A stretch of 64,000 nt of DNA, taken from positions 10,457,410 through 10,521,409 of the forward strand of contig CM035350.1 of assembly GCA_020137815.1 (NCBI GenBank). Direction: 5' to 3'. Made by a program: the position numbers and the translations under genes. Origin of the DNA: Hormiphora californensis. Its lineage: Eukaryota; Animalia; Ctenophora. Position 1 is the stretch's first letter; every line of letters begins with the position of its first letter. A model generated the notes under the pieces. The model was not told the origin of the DNA and did no database searches. It was given only the letters and a program-made list of their open reading frames with translations. Positions 50,100 to 64,000 of the stretch are shown here, in pieces.

Positions 50100-50455
50100 C
50101 GCATTGAAGTGAAAGTGGACAGAAGTAGAATTGGAGAAGCTTGATTGAGGTAGTAGAGCATATAACTTTCCGAGTATTTTCCATTTTTCCCGCTCTCAAA
50201 AGATACAATGATACATTCCTCGCTGTGAAATTGCTCTCTTTTATACACACGGCGGGGCAGGTTCACTGTTCGGGCATACACGCCCAGTGCCCACAGAACA
50301 TAGCGAGATAGAGTTCCAGCCCCCTGGTAACAAATATAATAGAGCGAGGAATGTATCTTTTCAGAGAGGGAAAAGTGAAAATACTCGGAGAGTTCTGCTC
50401 TACTATAACATCAATCAAGCTTGTCCAATTCTTTTTCTGTCTACTCTGACTTTAA
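50100..50455. mobile_element. Diverged palindromic MITE
   Basis: CCGAGTATTTT...GATACATTCCTCGCT pairs with AGCGAGGAATGTATC...AAAATACTCGG; the flanks are also inverted. Confidence 0.65.
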
Positions 50456-50993
50456 CGAGACTTACCAATTTCTATCACACAGGGTTAATAATATCGTGTA
50501 CTGGTCCTGGGCTTTTTGTCAGCTTTGTGCTTGTTATGAGGCGATCCCATATATTATCTGGTCATATTCCAAACAAATAGATATCACTGTCTCGACCCTG
50601 CATGAGGAGAGAATATATCAGTAGTCAGTACAAAGGATGGGAGCAGGTTTAGGGACATCCAACATGTATTTAGTTTTTTATCGGTTGTTGGGACGTGGAG
50701 AGGTAGGGCCTAATGAAGAGATTAGATATCAGTACGGAGGTTGGGAGCAGGTTTTAGGAAATCCTACATTTATCTACTGTCATCATCTTTTTAGATATAC
50801 CTTACTCTCGATTTTTAAGAAACGCTTTAGTAAGAAACTTTTTTATAAGAAACTTTTCAAATGTAAATCACACAATTCAGAGACACCACAACAAAATAGA
50901 ACACCCCCAACTTGTTTAGTTTCTTGATATAGAAGAAATTCTTTTTGTTTTTGGATTGCTTACACTTGAAGTTTCCTAGAAAAAAGTTTCTTA

Positions 50994-51746
50994 GGGTAAG
51001 CTGGGGTGAAATGGCCCGCAGGGTAAAGTGGCCCATGTATGGGGCAAAGTGGCCCTAGTTATTACATGTGGTCACGTGACTTTTTCTCCAGTGGAGACCT
51101 GCTCGTTCTGTTCCGAATTTTCGCTTTAAAACTGCTGTCATTTCTGTTTGGGTTGGCCGATTTTAATTTTGCAAAAACTGCCAGTTAGGCTTTATAATTC
51201 TCTAAAACGTGGTATAAAAATTTTTGAAGAAATTGGCATTTTTGTTGTCTTAATTGACAATTTTGTGAAATCGAGGCGAATATGGCCCACTCTCCGGGGC
51301 AAAGTGGTCCGGTCTGAGGCAAAGTGGCCCACCTCTAGGACCAATGAAATGGCGCCTGCAATACCACGTGACATTGGAATGCACAAACATGTAGTACAGA
51401 CGATCAAATTAGGGGAAAAGTGGCCCATGTTCCGGTGCAGAACATGGGCCACTTTGTCCCTAGTTTGATCGTTTCGTCTCACAACACCAGGCACGTGATA
51501 AAATCGAGCAATGCTATTGGCTTGGGCCACTTTGCCCCGGTGCAAATTTTCCAAAAAACGCCAAACCAAATTATTTGAATTGATTAATTAACCCATTAAA
51601 TAAAACTTGTAGATTTTAAAATTTAGCTCGGCTGAAAGGAAAAGGTTTCATTGGATAGCCTATATAATTTTTTTCTTCCTGCTGTATAAATTGCGTATTT
51701 TAGAACCTAAAACGTTAAAAATGGGCCACTTTCGCCCCAGCTTACC
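50994..51746 (+). mobile_element. Non-autonomous TA-TSD DNA transposon (Tc1/pogo-like), copy 1
   Basis: TA-GGGTAAGCTGGGG...CCCCAGCTTACC-TA with repeated GGGGCAAAGTGGCCC motifs. Confidence 0.88.
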
Positions 51747-51971
51747 TATTGAAAAGTTTCTTGAAATATGAGAGCTCAATTAACGAGAGTAAGGTTTTCT
51801 CCGCTGATGTGGGGTACTGGGTAGGGCCTAAATTAGATCGCCTAATTTAGAGATTACAAATCAGTTCATGGTGACCCACACATGCTCACCCTTCACACAG
51901 ACACCCCACACAAACATCCACTACTACCACACCCCTCCCCCTCCGCATCCCCCTCCCTTCCCAAACCCAGA

Positions 51972-52538
51972 ATCTCCATCTCCATCTCCATCCCCATCTC
52001 CATCTCCCCATCTCCCCATCTCCCCATCTCCCCATCTCCCCATCTCCCCATCTCCCCATCTCCCCATCTCCCCATCTCCCCATCTCCCCATCTCCCCATC
52101 TCTCCATCTCTCCATCTCTCCATCTCTCCATCTCTCCATCTCTCCATCTCTCCATCTCTCCATCTCTCCATCTCTCCATCTCTCCATCTCTCCATCTCTC
52201 CATCTCTCCATCTCTCCATCTCTTCATCTCTCCATCTCTCCATCTCTCCATCTCTCCATCTCTCCATCTCTCCATCTCTCCATCTCTCCATCTCTCCATC
52301 TCTCCATCTCTCCATCTCTCCATCTCTCCATCTCTCCATCTCTCCATCTCTCCATCTCTCCATCTCTCCATCTCTCCATCTCTCCATCTCTCCATCTCTC
52401 CATCTCTCCATCTCTCCATCTCTCCATCTCTCCATCTCTCCATCTCTCCATCTCTCCATCTCTCCATCTCTCCATCTCTCCATCTCTCCATCTCTCCATC
52501 TCTCCATCTCTCCATCTCTCCATCTCTCCATCTCTCCA
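51972..52538. repeat. 8-bp microsatellite (CCATCTCC/CCATCTCT)n
   Basis: Directly visible. Confidence 0.97.
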
Positions 52539-53988
52539 CCCTAGTAAACGCGCGACTTGCCAACGTTGCCTTTACAACGTTGGCCAACGTTCGCGCCAAC
52601 GTTGTACAACGTTGTAAAGGACACACGCGCGACCTGCCAACGTTGGGCCAACGTTGTAACGGCAACTCTTTTTGCGCGCGCAATAGTATTTAGTTGGTTG
52701 CCGTATTTAAGCCGCGCATACAGCCGCGCTTTCACAAAATCGTGAATTCTAAAATTCCACACAAAATTTTTTCTCACTTTTTAAATTTCTTTCTAATTTT
52801 GTTGTTTTTGTTTTGTTTTTGTTGTTTTTGTTGTTTTGCTTTCTAATTTTTCCAGCAAACGTTACAGGTCTTCGTAGACGTTTAAAGCTCAAGTTTAACT
52901 TAACAATAGCCCTCACTTGAGTTTTAAAAACTATTCCACCCCTGATAATATAAAGACATTCTTTAGCAAAATTTTGGTTGAGGTTCAAGTCTTCAGCTCA
53001 TCTGGGGGCGGTGCAACGACTATGGGAAATTTCACAAACCTCAAGTGAGGGCTATTCTTGCTTCGGAATGATTGGTTCTAAAATGTAAACCCTTCAAGAT
53101 TGGTGACATCCACTAGGCGCTGGATAGAGTATCCAGACACAGTTTACCCGAAGGATCGATTACATGGTGCAACTTGGTTATTGGGAACGCCTAAAAAGCT
53201 AAGACTCACGTCATTACAACGACCGCGGGAGCGATATTCGATGATACAGCGCCTATAATATAAGCACAAATACCCGGTTTTACCATCATCAACGGCTCGA
53301 GTACCTACCCTTAACAATGTAGCACAGAATTCATTCTCAACAAAAAACTTCCACTCTTAAGCTGTAAAAGGGCCGCTAGGCTTTGAAAAACATTGCCGAA
53401 AGAGGTTAACGCGGCAGCTCAGTAATCTTTATGGATACGTTCAAGATCCTACTGGGCCGTTAGCTTGAACACTTCTCTGACAATCCAACTGTGAAGATTT
53501 ATTCTACCCGGAACAACAATTCTATTATGGACTAGGTTTTGGAAATTGGGGCATGCCAAAAGACTGACATCGGTTATGATTCTGTAATGCAGTATATTTA
53601 TCAAGTTTATCAAGTTCTGTACTGAAAAGTTCTCCACATCGATCCCTGGGTCCTTTACTCCTACTTTCACTCCATTATATCGATCCCTGAGTCCTCTACT
53701 CCTACCTCCTCCACGTCGATTCCTGGGTCCTTTACTCCTACCTTGCTCCACATCGATCCCTGCCCCTATGTAGGTAGTGTGCATCAGCGGCTATTCTGTG
53801 TCGTATAGTGTATATTCCTCCCCTGAAGTTTTCTAGCCCCCTAATTCTCCAGCCGTTTCCTGCGAGAGAAATGTCTTATAATATCTAATTAATTAGTAAC
53901 TTAATTTGAATAAAATATAAGAAGACATGTGTCATGTACTGAACTAATTCTCGCCAAACCGTCTAATTGAAATGTACCCCCCATGCCT

Positions 53989-54357
53989 TCATGAATGGTG
54001 GTCCATTTTAAATTTCATCCCACAATAAGAGCTCTCAAAAGCTCGCTCGTCGGAGTGCACTGTTTTTAAGTGCCGATCGAGCGAACTTTTGGCCGTAAAC
54101 TCCCTCTCACAGTCCTTGCACTTATGCCTCGGGTGTTGGTGGCTTTTCTCGTGTACCTGTAGCTCGGACAGGTACATGAAGGACATGTAGCACTCCGTAC
54201 ACTGATGATTCCCTTGATTGTGGTCTCGGGAATGGTGCTGGTCCCGTTCCTCGATCGACCGGAATTCCCCATCACATGCCCTGTATCGACAGGGGAAGGC
54301 CTGTTTCTGGTGAATCGCCCGTCTGTGCCGCCACATGTCCCGCCAACTAATTACCAT
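53989..54357 (-). pseudogene. C2H2 zinc-finger array fragment
   Basis: CRYRAC..H..H, CTEC..F..L..H..H, CKDC..F..L..H...H; the next finger is broken (ESSYC) and followed by a stop. Confidence 0.7.
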
Positions 54358-56491
54358 TAATGTGGATATTAATATTATACAGACGTTTTCTCGCCGGCTC
54401 CTCCTGTTTTTTTAAAACACTAGTAAACCCGTTCGCCCTAAGGGCGAATTTCAGGGAAATGGTAGCTGAATTAGGAAAACTGACATCTTTTGGACAATTA
54501 CAGTCTCGCGAATGTCACCAATCTCGAATTGTTGACACCATCCTATCTTAAGTTACGGTACCGTAAAAGGAGCTCAGGCGGGATCGCTGCGAGTTTTAGA
54601 ACGTCAGATGATGATGATCAAAGTGGAAAAAGAACTTAGAACTGAGACTGATCATCGGTTCGGTTTAACCTCCAACGTCTTGTTCGTTATATTGGTGTTA
54701 CTGCACCCCTCAGTGTATGGAAGAGAACGGTGGTCGGATCTTGCATGAGTAACTCCAATTGTCGCTGTCGTATATTAACTGTTGTTGAAGAGAGCATAGT
54801 AGCCGGAACAGTGACGCAAAGCAAAGCAAGATCAGATGCACGTGCAACTGCAGTACATTAGCAACAATCCTTGGTAGCGGCTCCAACCCCTGGCCCCACT
54901 CCAATAGTACTCCACCTCTAAACCTGCACGTGCAAAATGCCATATTTGGTAAAAAACGTCACACATCATTTTCCTATTTGCTTTAATAATAGTATGATTT
55001 CCCATCATCGCCAATATCCTCTCCTGGTTTTCGAGAACCACCTCGACCCCTCGACTCTTGCCATCATGAGGAGCTGTGTTTCCTTCGATTCCTTAGCCCC
55101 CAATTCGCCCCTATGTAGGTAGTGTGCATCAGCGGCTATTCTGTGTCGTATAGTGTATATTCCTCCCCTGAAGTTATCTAGAGCACCCTCATAGCCCCCT
55201 AATTCTCCAGCCGTTTCCTGCGAGAGAAATGTCTTATAATATCTAATTAATTAGTAACTTAATTTGAATAAAATAAATATTGAATATAAGAAGTTGGAAG
55301 TACAAAATTGTACCAAGTTCCAACAGTGACCCTGCGCTCCTACACATCCCGGCAAACTTCTGAAACATTGCCCTGGGTTTGGGCTGATGAAGGATCTTCC
55401 CTCTGTACACCAATCTATAGGAGTAATATATTTATAAGGGTTCTATTAAATCGTGGTTGTTTCTAATTATATGTTATTGTTTCTAGTTAGTTGATAGTTT
55501 GCTTCCCTGGTTGGACGGCCCTGGCGACTCATCCTCCGCTTCCTCTTCTACGGCATCCACTAGGTGGGCGTCCGAATCTATCTGGAGAGTCCTCCTGAGG
55601 TTCACCCCTTGCTGTCCGATCCCTGGGTCTTTTCCCAACCTCCTCTACATCGATCCCTGGGTCCTCTACTCCTACACATCGATTCCTGGGTCCTTTCCCT
55701 GACTTGCTCTACATCGATCCCTGGGTCCTTTACTTCTACATCCTCCACATCGATCCCTCATGGGTCCTTTACTTCTACATCCTCCACATCGATCCCTGGG
55801 TCCTTTTCCTCGCGCTGCTCCATATCGAACACATCCTCATTCCCCATTCTACAAACTGTTTACTACATCCCTTCTACACGCTACTCATCACTTGTTATCA
55901 CGACAGTTTATTGATTTTGTTTTTTGTACATACAATGTGATATTAAACTTAAATAGTGTTTGAATTAGACGAGATAACCCAGCTAGAGGTAGATACGGGC
56001 GGAAATGCCCGCATGTTGGACATTGAATATTGTTTTTAATTCCTGTTCTCCCTTTACAGTTTTGCATTCCTTTCTGCACCGTACTGATTCCCGCTCACTA
56101 CGTACACGTATATAATACATACTATGTACATATATTTTGCATGTGACCGTCCACGAAACTTTATCTGAGGCTTTGCTAAGCTAAATGTATGTTTATAGGT
56201 AATGATAATATTGATGATCTGAGACTATACTTAAAATGATACAACTTGGACTACAGATTTTTATCGAATCTATGACGCCTAACCGGTATGTATATAGTCG
56301 TATTTTTTAAAACCCGTGCACGTGTACTGATACTTATTTATTACATGTTCACATGACGTGATAAACGCACAAAACAAATCCTCATACAATAAACCCCTCC
56401 CTTTGGTCGGTTTTCCTGCCATTTAGTACCGTTAGGCGGACTCTAGTGCTAACGGACTCTTTATCTAAATTCAAGGCGGACTCTTTATCTA

Positions 56492-57422
56492 GGGTAAGCT
56501 GGGGCAAAAGTGGCCCATTTTTACCGTTTTACACGGTCGCTTGTAGTGGGAAAACGGTAATGGAAAACAAAGATACAGTAAGACGACGCGCAACCGTGAC
56601 CAATAAGGGCGCTAGTACGTGCTGACACATGAACTTTTTGCCGCGCGTTATGCACCGTGCGCGTCTCCTTACTGTATTTTGCGTTACCGTATTTTGACTG
56701 CAAGCAGCACTGTTAGGTTCTCAAATACGCAATATATACAGCAGGAAGAAAAAAAATATATAGGCTATCCAATGAAACCTTTTCCTTTCAGCCGAGCTAA
56801 ATTTTAAAATCTACAAGTTTTATTTAATGGGTTAATTAATCAATTCAAATAATTTGGTGAGGCGTTTTTTGGAAAATTTGCACCGGGGCAAAGTGGCCCA
56901 AGCCAATAGCATTGCTCGATTTTATCACGTGCCTGGTGTTGTTAGACGAAACGATCAAATTAGGGGCAAAGTGGCCCATGTTCTGCACCGGAACATGGGC
57001 CACTTTGCCCCTAATTTGACCGTCTGGACTACATTTTTGTGCATTCCAATGTCACGTGGTATTGCAGGCGCCATTTCATTGGTCCTAGAGGTGGGCCACT
57101 TTGCCCCAGACCGGACCACTTTGCCCCGAAGAGTGGGCCATATTCACCCCGATTTCACTTAATTGACAATTAAGACAACAAAAATGCCAATTTCTTCAAA
57201 AATTTTATACCACGTTTTAGAGAATCATAAACTGGCAGTTTTTGCAAAATTAAAATCGGCCAACCCAAACAGAAATGACAGCAGTTTTAAAGCGAAAATT
57301 CGGAACAGAACGAGCAGGTCTCCGCTGGAGAAAATGTCACGTGACCACATGTAATAACTAGGGCCACTTTGCCCCATACATGGGCCACTTTACCCCGCGG
57401 GCCAAACTACCCCAGCTTACCC
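56492..57422 (-). mobile_element. Copy 2 (inverted) of the TA-TSD element, carrying a nested ~185-bp MITE at ~56530-56713
   Basis: Reverse complement of 50994-51746; the extra segment has its own inverted arms. Confidence 0.88.
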
Positions 57423-57897
57423 TACAGTTATATTCTGAAAAAAGTTTAGATAAAGAGTCCGCCCTGTGTAGACTTATTAAACCTAACCCTAATCATAACC
57501 CGAACCCAAATAATGGCCCAAATAACACAGCAAACTCTCGTTTCCGGCCTAGCGGCCGATATCTCGAGTTCGCTGAGAATGGCGGACTATGTCTAATTTA
57601 GATTCATGTAGATATAGAGTCCGCCCTTTGTAGACTTTTTAGATAAAGAGTCCGCCCCGTGTACACTTTTTAGACAAAGAGTCCTCCTAGAGTTTAGACT
57701 TATTTGGATTCTTTATCTAAATCTAAATTTAGATATAGAGTCCACTGTAGACTTAGAGTATAGAACTAGAGTCCGTGTACCTTTAGTAGGTACCACTCTC
57801 GCCGCTTCGCAGGTCGGGCAGTATATGTGTTATGTAGCGAATCACCTTACTGTGCGACCTGCTTAAATACTTATATTAACTTGAATTTATTGATTAT

Positions 57898-58983
<1,086 letters not shown>

Positions 58984-59953
58984 TATATATCTTCTCAAAC
59001 AGGTTGATTGCTGGTGCGATAATGATGAGACATTGATAAGATGAGATGATTTTGTGCTGGAATGGAAGGAACCTGGGAAGATCTTTGGAAAGTCAGGCGG
59101 TATCAGTGAGCTAGGGAGACAGCGTTCAGGGACTGTTCTGTCTGAGTTTTTGAGTTTAATAAACACTTTTGATAAAACTAATTTGGTTTGGGAAGTACCA
59201 TATTTTTGCAAAAAAGTTTCACAGGTCTAAGCCGGGTCTATATAGCTATATATACTTGTTCAGATATATGAGGTTAACATATATACTATTTCCTAAAAAA
59301 CTTTTCGTTGAATAACTTAAGGTCCACAAGTTTTATTCACAATCTGAAGAGACCTACATTAGCATTGGCAGTTATTACGAAAATTAAAAATTTGATGTAG
59401 CATTCTGCATTATTTTATTTAGGCCCTCAACTGTGTGTTTTTAAATGACTGAGACTGCTCAAATCAACATAGCGTCAAAAGTTGTGAATTTTTTGCTCTG
59501 AAAGTTTAGGGAAAGGTAGATGGCCATTTATTTTACTTGAATTTTAGGAAAAATGCTCCCAACAAGGCCGAGTTACACCACTTTGCCGTTTGCCTGCGAA
59601 GGAACTAAAAAAGATATTGCCAAACTAACTAGTTAGAGGAGGTTTTTGGGCTACAGGTTCATTTAGTAACGAAATTTAAGTACAATAAATAGGCCAGGGA
59701 TTTTTTGCTGAATTGGTGAGCTAAGACATAACAAAGGTTTTCCACTTGCATCGTACTCATATGGGGTCAGAAACACCAAAACAATTTCCACTCCAACCGA
59801 GGTGAAGAAAGTGCCACGCCCTTTTGCCTGTATTTTCATCCTTTACCAAAAAGAACAGCTTTGCTTTGGATTGGTCAAAATTTGGTCATTTTCCTGCAAT
59901 TGCTCTTCATTTGAAATTGAATAATAACACATTGACATTATGTGATAGAAACT

Positions 59954-60116
59954 CATTCTTCTTCTTCGAGTGTCGGGTGTGAGACCCTAAAGAACTATCG
60001 CGATTTTCGTCATTGCGATTTGGTCGACACTGTGTGAGTGCTCGTGAGTGGCCCCCTCGGGTCTAAGCCCTTAGGTGGAACCTTCGTGGGTAGAACCCAC
60101 GAGAGTTGTGAAACTC
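59954..60116 (-). mobile_element. Short retroposon (SINE or LINE 3' end) with (GAA)n tail
   Basis: 14-bp TSD ATGTGATAGAAACT at 59940-53 and 60117-30. Confidence 0.75.
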
Positions 60117-61128
60117 ATGTGATAGAAACTTCATATTATTATATATATATACATATATATAAATATCATTTGTTACCCCCACTAATTTTTATATGCCGAA
60201 AAAGCTCCAGTGGACCAGTGAAGCAAAAATTTGAAACCGCTCTTGAGTGGCTATATAGCGAGTTGGCTCAAAAACGGTTATACCCATACTCAATTATCCA
60301 TTTATCTCTCGAAGCTGACAAGATAGTGACTTCTGCTTGGTCCCAATTTAGTACCCTTGTTTTTGTCTCCAATCCAAAACCAAGTTGCTATTTTTGGTCA
60401 AGGCTGAAAATACAGGCAAAAGGGCTTGGCCAATTTGGGCACTTTCTTCACCTCGGTTGGAGTGGAATTTTTTTGGTGCTTCTGGGACCCCATATGAGTA
60501 CAATGCAAGTGGAAAACCTCTTTTATGTTCACCAAATGGCCCCAAAATGACAATTCTTTGCCTAAAATGGCAGGTAGCCATCAATTCACAACTTTTGGCG
60601 CTATGTTGATTTAAACAGTCATGCCTTGTTCCGATATTATATACTGTGTGTTTTTAAATGACTGAGACTGGTCAAATCGACATAGCGTCGCGTCAAAATT
60701 TGTGAATATTATGCTCTGAAATTTTAGGACAAGGTAGATGGCTACCTGCCATTTATTGTACTTGAATTTCAGCAAAATCGGTCGTTCTTGAATGAACCTG
60801 TAGCCCAAAAACTTCCTCTAACTTTGAGCGCTCAGATCTCTGCAACCTGATGAGGTAAAGAGCTCACACTTTAACAATATGTTCATTAGACAATTTACAC
60901 ACTTTTGGCTGCTTGGTTTGGCGATATCTTTTTTAGTTCCTCCGCAGGAACACGGCAAAGTGGTGTAACTCGGCCTTATTGGGAGCATTTTTGCCCTCAG
61001 GCATCACGTATCACGTGTCTTACTGGGGGTAATCAGCCGCCAGCCATGTGTTACACCGATTCTGTAATTGGTGCTGAGCGTGGTAAAGGGCGGCACTTCG
61101 TAATTACGCGTAAACAGACGTGATCATG

Positions 61129-62264
61129 AGCTGGTATTAATAAACGGGGATAAGTAATCGCGGATTGCGGATCGCGGATAAGTAATCGCGGATTGCGGAT
61201 CGCGGATAAGTAATCGCGGATTGCGGATCGCGGATAAGTTATCGCGGATAAGTTATCGCGGATAAGTTATCGCGGATTGCGGATTGCGGATTGCGGATCG
61301 CGAATAAAAAATCGCGGATAAAAAATCGCGGAAAGAAAATCGCGGATAAAAAATCGCGGATAAAAAATCGCGGATAAAAAATCGCGGATAAAAAATCGCG
61401 GATAAAAAATCGTGGATAAAAAATTGCAGATAACAAATTGCGGATAAAAAATCGCGGATAAAAAATCGCGGATAACGTTTTTATCTCTTTTTAGGCAACT
61501 TGTGGTCATTTTTAGGTGATTTTGATCGATTCCAGGTCATTTTGCTCATTTCATTGTCAATTTGGCCATTTCTGTACCATTTCTTGGCCACGTTGGTCAA
61601 TTCTAGTTCATTTCCAGGTCATTCCTGTATATAGTGCATTGTGCTAGACCATTTTCGTGTGGATTTAGATGGTTCTGGGGTAGAAATGAGCAAAATGACC
61701 TGGAATCGATCAAAATCACCTAAGAATGACCACAAGTTGCCTAAAAAGAGATAAAAACGTTATCCGCGATTTTTTATCCGCGATTTTTTATCCGCGATTT
61801 TTTATCCGCAATTTGTTATCTGCAATTTTTTATCCACGATTTTTATCCGCGATTTTTTATCCGCGATTTTTTATCCGCGATTTTTTATCCGCGATTTTTT
61901 ATTCGCAATCAGCAATCCGCGATTACTTATCCGCGATTACTTATCCGCGATCCGCAATCCGCGATTACTTATCCGCGATCCGCAATCCGCGATTACTTAT
62001 CCGCGATCCGCAATCCGCGATTACTTATCCGCGATCCGCAATCCGCGATCTGCAATCCGCGATCCGCAATCCGCGATCCGCGATCTGCAATCAGCGATCT
62101 GCAATCCGCAATCCGCGATTACTTATCCGCAATCCGTGATCCGCGATCCGCAATCCGCAATCCGCAATCCGCGATCACTTATCCCCGATCCGCAATCCGC
62201 GATTTTATCCGCGATCCGGGACATTATCCGCGAATCCGCGAATCCCTGTTTATTAATACCATCT
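61129..62264. mobile_element. Foldback element with CpG-rich (ATCCGCG)n arms
   Basis: TIR TGGTATTAATAAAC; inverted arms ~61130-61553 and 61683-62262. Confidence 0.85.
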
Positions 62265-63581
62265 ATGGTGTCTGAAAACGTTGACAAGGTCACGTGACTA
62301 GCTGTGGTACGGAGTGTGGTAGAGCGTGGCGCTTCGTCATGACAAGAAAGAGGGGTAGAGAGAAGGAGATAGCGAGAGAAAGGGAGAGAGCTGAGAGTCA
62401 CATGTCTTAGTCGTCATGACGAGGGAGTTATACTCAGCAGATAGAGAGAGCGAATCGGTGACACTAGACGTTGTTATCATGTCGAGATGTTCCACAGCTA
62501 ATCACGTGACCTTGTAACAAGAAAGACAGCAGAATGTAAAGGAAGAAAAGTTTGTCTGGATTGCAGCTTGTGACCGATTTCAGACACTATGATCACGTCT
62601 GCTGACGAAGCACCACGCTTTACCACACTCAGCACCAATTACAGAATACGTGATACCTGAGGGCAAAAATGCTCCCAATTAGGCCGAGTTACACCACTTT
62701 GCCGTGTTCCTGCGAAGAAACTAAAAAAGATATCACCAAACCAAGCAGCCAAAAGTTTGTAAATAGATCTACCTTGTCCTAAAATTTCAGAGCAAAATAT
62801 TCACAACTTTTAACGCTACGTCGATTTGAACCGTCTCAGTCATTTAAAAACACACAGTACATACATATTATGATGTATCTAGCTAGATTTTGTTGTGTGT
62901 ATGTATTAGTTTTCACGTTAAAAAAATTATAAATTGATGGAAATATTGAACTGTTACTTGTGGTTAACATATGATTTATATTTTCAAGAAAAGTTTATCC
63001 ATTTGAACCTCAATCAGTAAACAACCGGTTGAAAAGTCCGGTAATTTTGGAAAAACTGACCGGACAACGGCCTGATAAAAAATGTCCGTTACCGGATGGA
63101 CACTGGACGGGGATCGGATTGTCCGTTCGTTTACTTTCCAAGGTGTATTATATACTGGCACGACTAAGTGTATGTTTACATATTATGTAGTATACATGTA
63201 TTCTAAACTACAGTTATCATAAATTAGATCTTATCAGGATTAAATAATAAATAATACATAATGTATGAATCAGTTCCAACTGTCTACAATTCTCATCTAA
63301 TTTCAAGCTGAGCAACTATGGTGTGCGGACTTTAGTGCTACACTCTAAGTCTAAAGAGGACTCTATATCTAAATTTCGCCGCGAACTCGAGATTTCGGCC
63401 GTTAGGCCGGAAACGAGAGTTTTCTCTACCCCTATACTAATTTAGAAGTGTTAGGGCCGTTATTTGGGTTCGAGGTTAGGGTAAGGTTAGTGTTAGGGTA
63501 AGAGTTAGGGTTGGGTTAGGGTTTTAGATATAGAGTCCGGGTTGGAGGATTTGGCGCCAAAATGTACTAGAGGACTCGACT

Positions 63582-63971
63582 ACTACTAAATACACCTGGG
63601 AACCGTTCGTTTCGTGTAGTTGAACCTTTGATCAAACTACTAAGTACACCTGGGAACCATTCGTTTCGTTTAGTGGAACCTTTGATCAAACTACTAAGTA
63701 CACCTGGGAACCGTTCGTTTAGTTTAGCTGGTACTATGATCAAACTACTAAGTACACCTGGGAACCATTCGTTTCGTTTAGCTGAACCTTTGATCAAACT
63801 ACTAAGTACACCTGGGAACCAATCGTTTCGTGTAGTTGAACCTTTGATCAAACTACTAAGTACACCTGGGAACCGTTCGTTTCGTTTAGCTGAACCTTTG
63901 ATCAAACTACTAAGTACACCTGGGAACCGTTCGTTTCGTGTAGTTGAACCTTTGATCAAACTACTAAGTAC
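63582..63971. repeat. 54-bp tandem repeat (~7 copies)
   Basis: ACTACTAAGTACACCTGGGAACCGTTCGTTTCGTGTAGTTGAACCTTTGATCAA. Confidence 0.95.
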
Positions 63972-64000
63972 TGGACACGTCGTTAGCGAAATACAACTTT

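Larger units (their letters stand above)
59430..62860. repeat. Cluster of alternately oriented copies of one repeat family
   Basis: The block AAAATGCTCCCAA..GGCCGAGTTACACCACTTTGCCG occurs at ~59550 (+), ~60955 (-) and ~62665 (+); 59730-59870 is inverted relative to 60370-60525. Confidence 0.75.

Noticed and set aside
51192-51569. ORF shared with 56854-57162 as a possible transposase
   Set aside because: No transposase motifs; similarity only reflects two copies of a non-autonomous element.
51868-52683. ERWRDGEM / SPSLHLSI ORFs
   Set aside because: 8-bp microsatellite.
60028-60034. Lone CACTGTG as a third Transib end
   Set aside because: No partner end or 5-bp TSD found; it lies inside the short retroposon.
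61239-62139. RFFIRDFLSAIFY ORFs
   Set aside because: Translations of short repeats in the foldback arms.

Overview
Eukaryotic, intron-rich and repeat-dense genomic DNA, probably a marine invertebrate (ctenophore-like compact genes; the taxon cannot be fixed from sequence alone). Three closely spaced minus-strand host genes were rebuilt exon by exon from GT-AG sites and reading phase: an EPHX1-like epoxide hydrolase (45616-42811), an MCFD2-like EF-hand protein (42487-38303) and a 20-exon ABCB6/HMT-1-like half ABC transporter (37919-13204). A MYND-finger ORF follows them. Mobile DNA includes a non-coding LTR element, a full-length RTEX-like LINE, CRE-like retroelement fragments, an internally deleted LINE and many MITEs or foldbacks. 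Main unexplained signals: (1) many intronic tandem arrays whose unit is a copy of the gene's own splice junction (up to ~75 donor sites in a row); (2) two unrelated CACAGTG-ended Transib/RAG-like elements with 5-bp TSDs whose two ends differ by exactly 10 bp, one with a 12/22 RSS-like layout; (3) a deleted LINE flanked by an ~806-bp duplication that copies an ABCB6 coding exon; (4) operon-like gene spacing with unpaired splice acceptors just before the start codons. Parts of the consensus (about 1150-3400) look error-rich, so single-base frameshifts are uncertain. Coordinates were counted by hand and may be off by a few bases.
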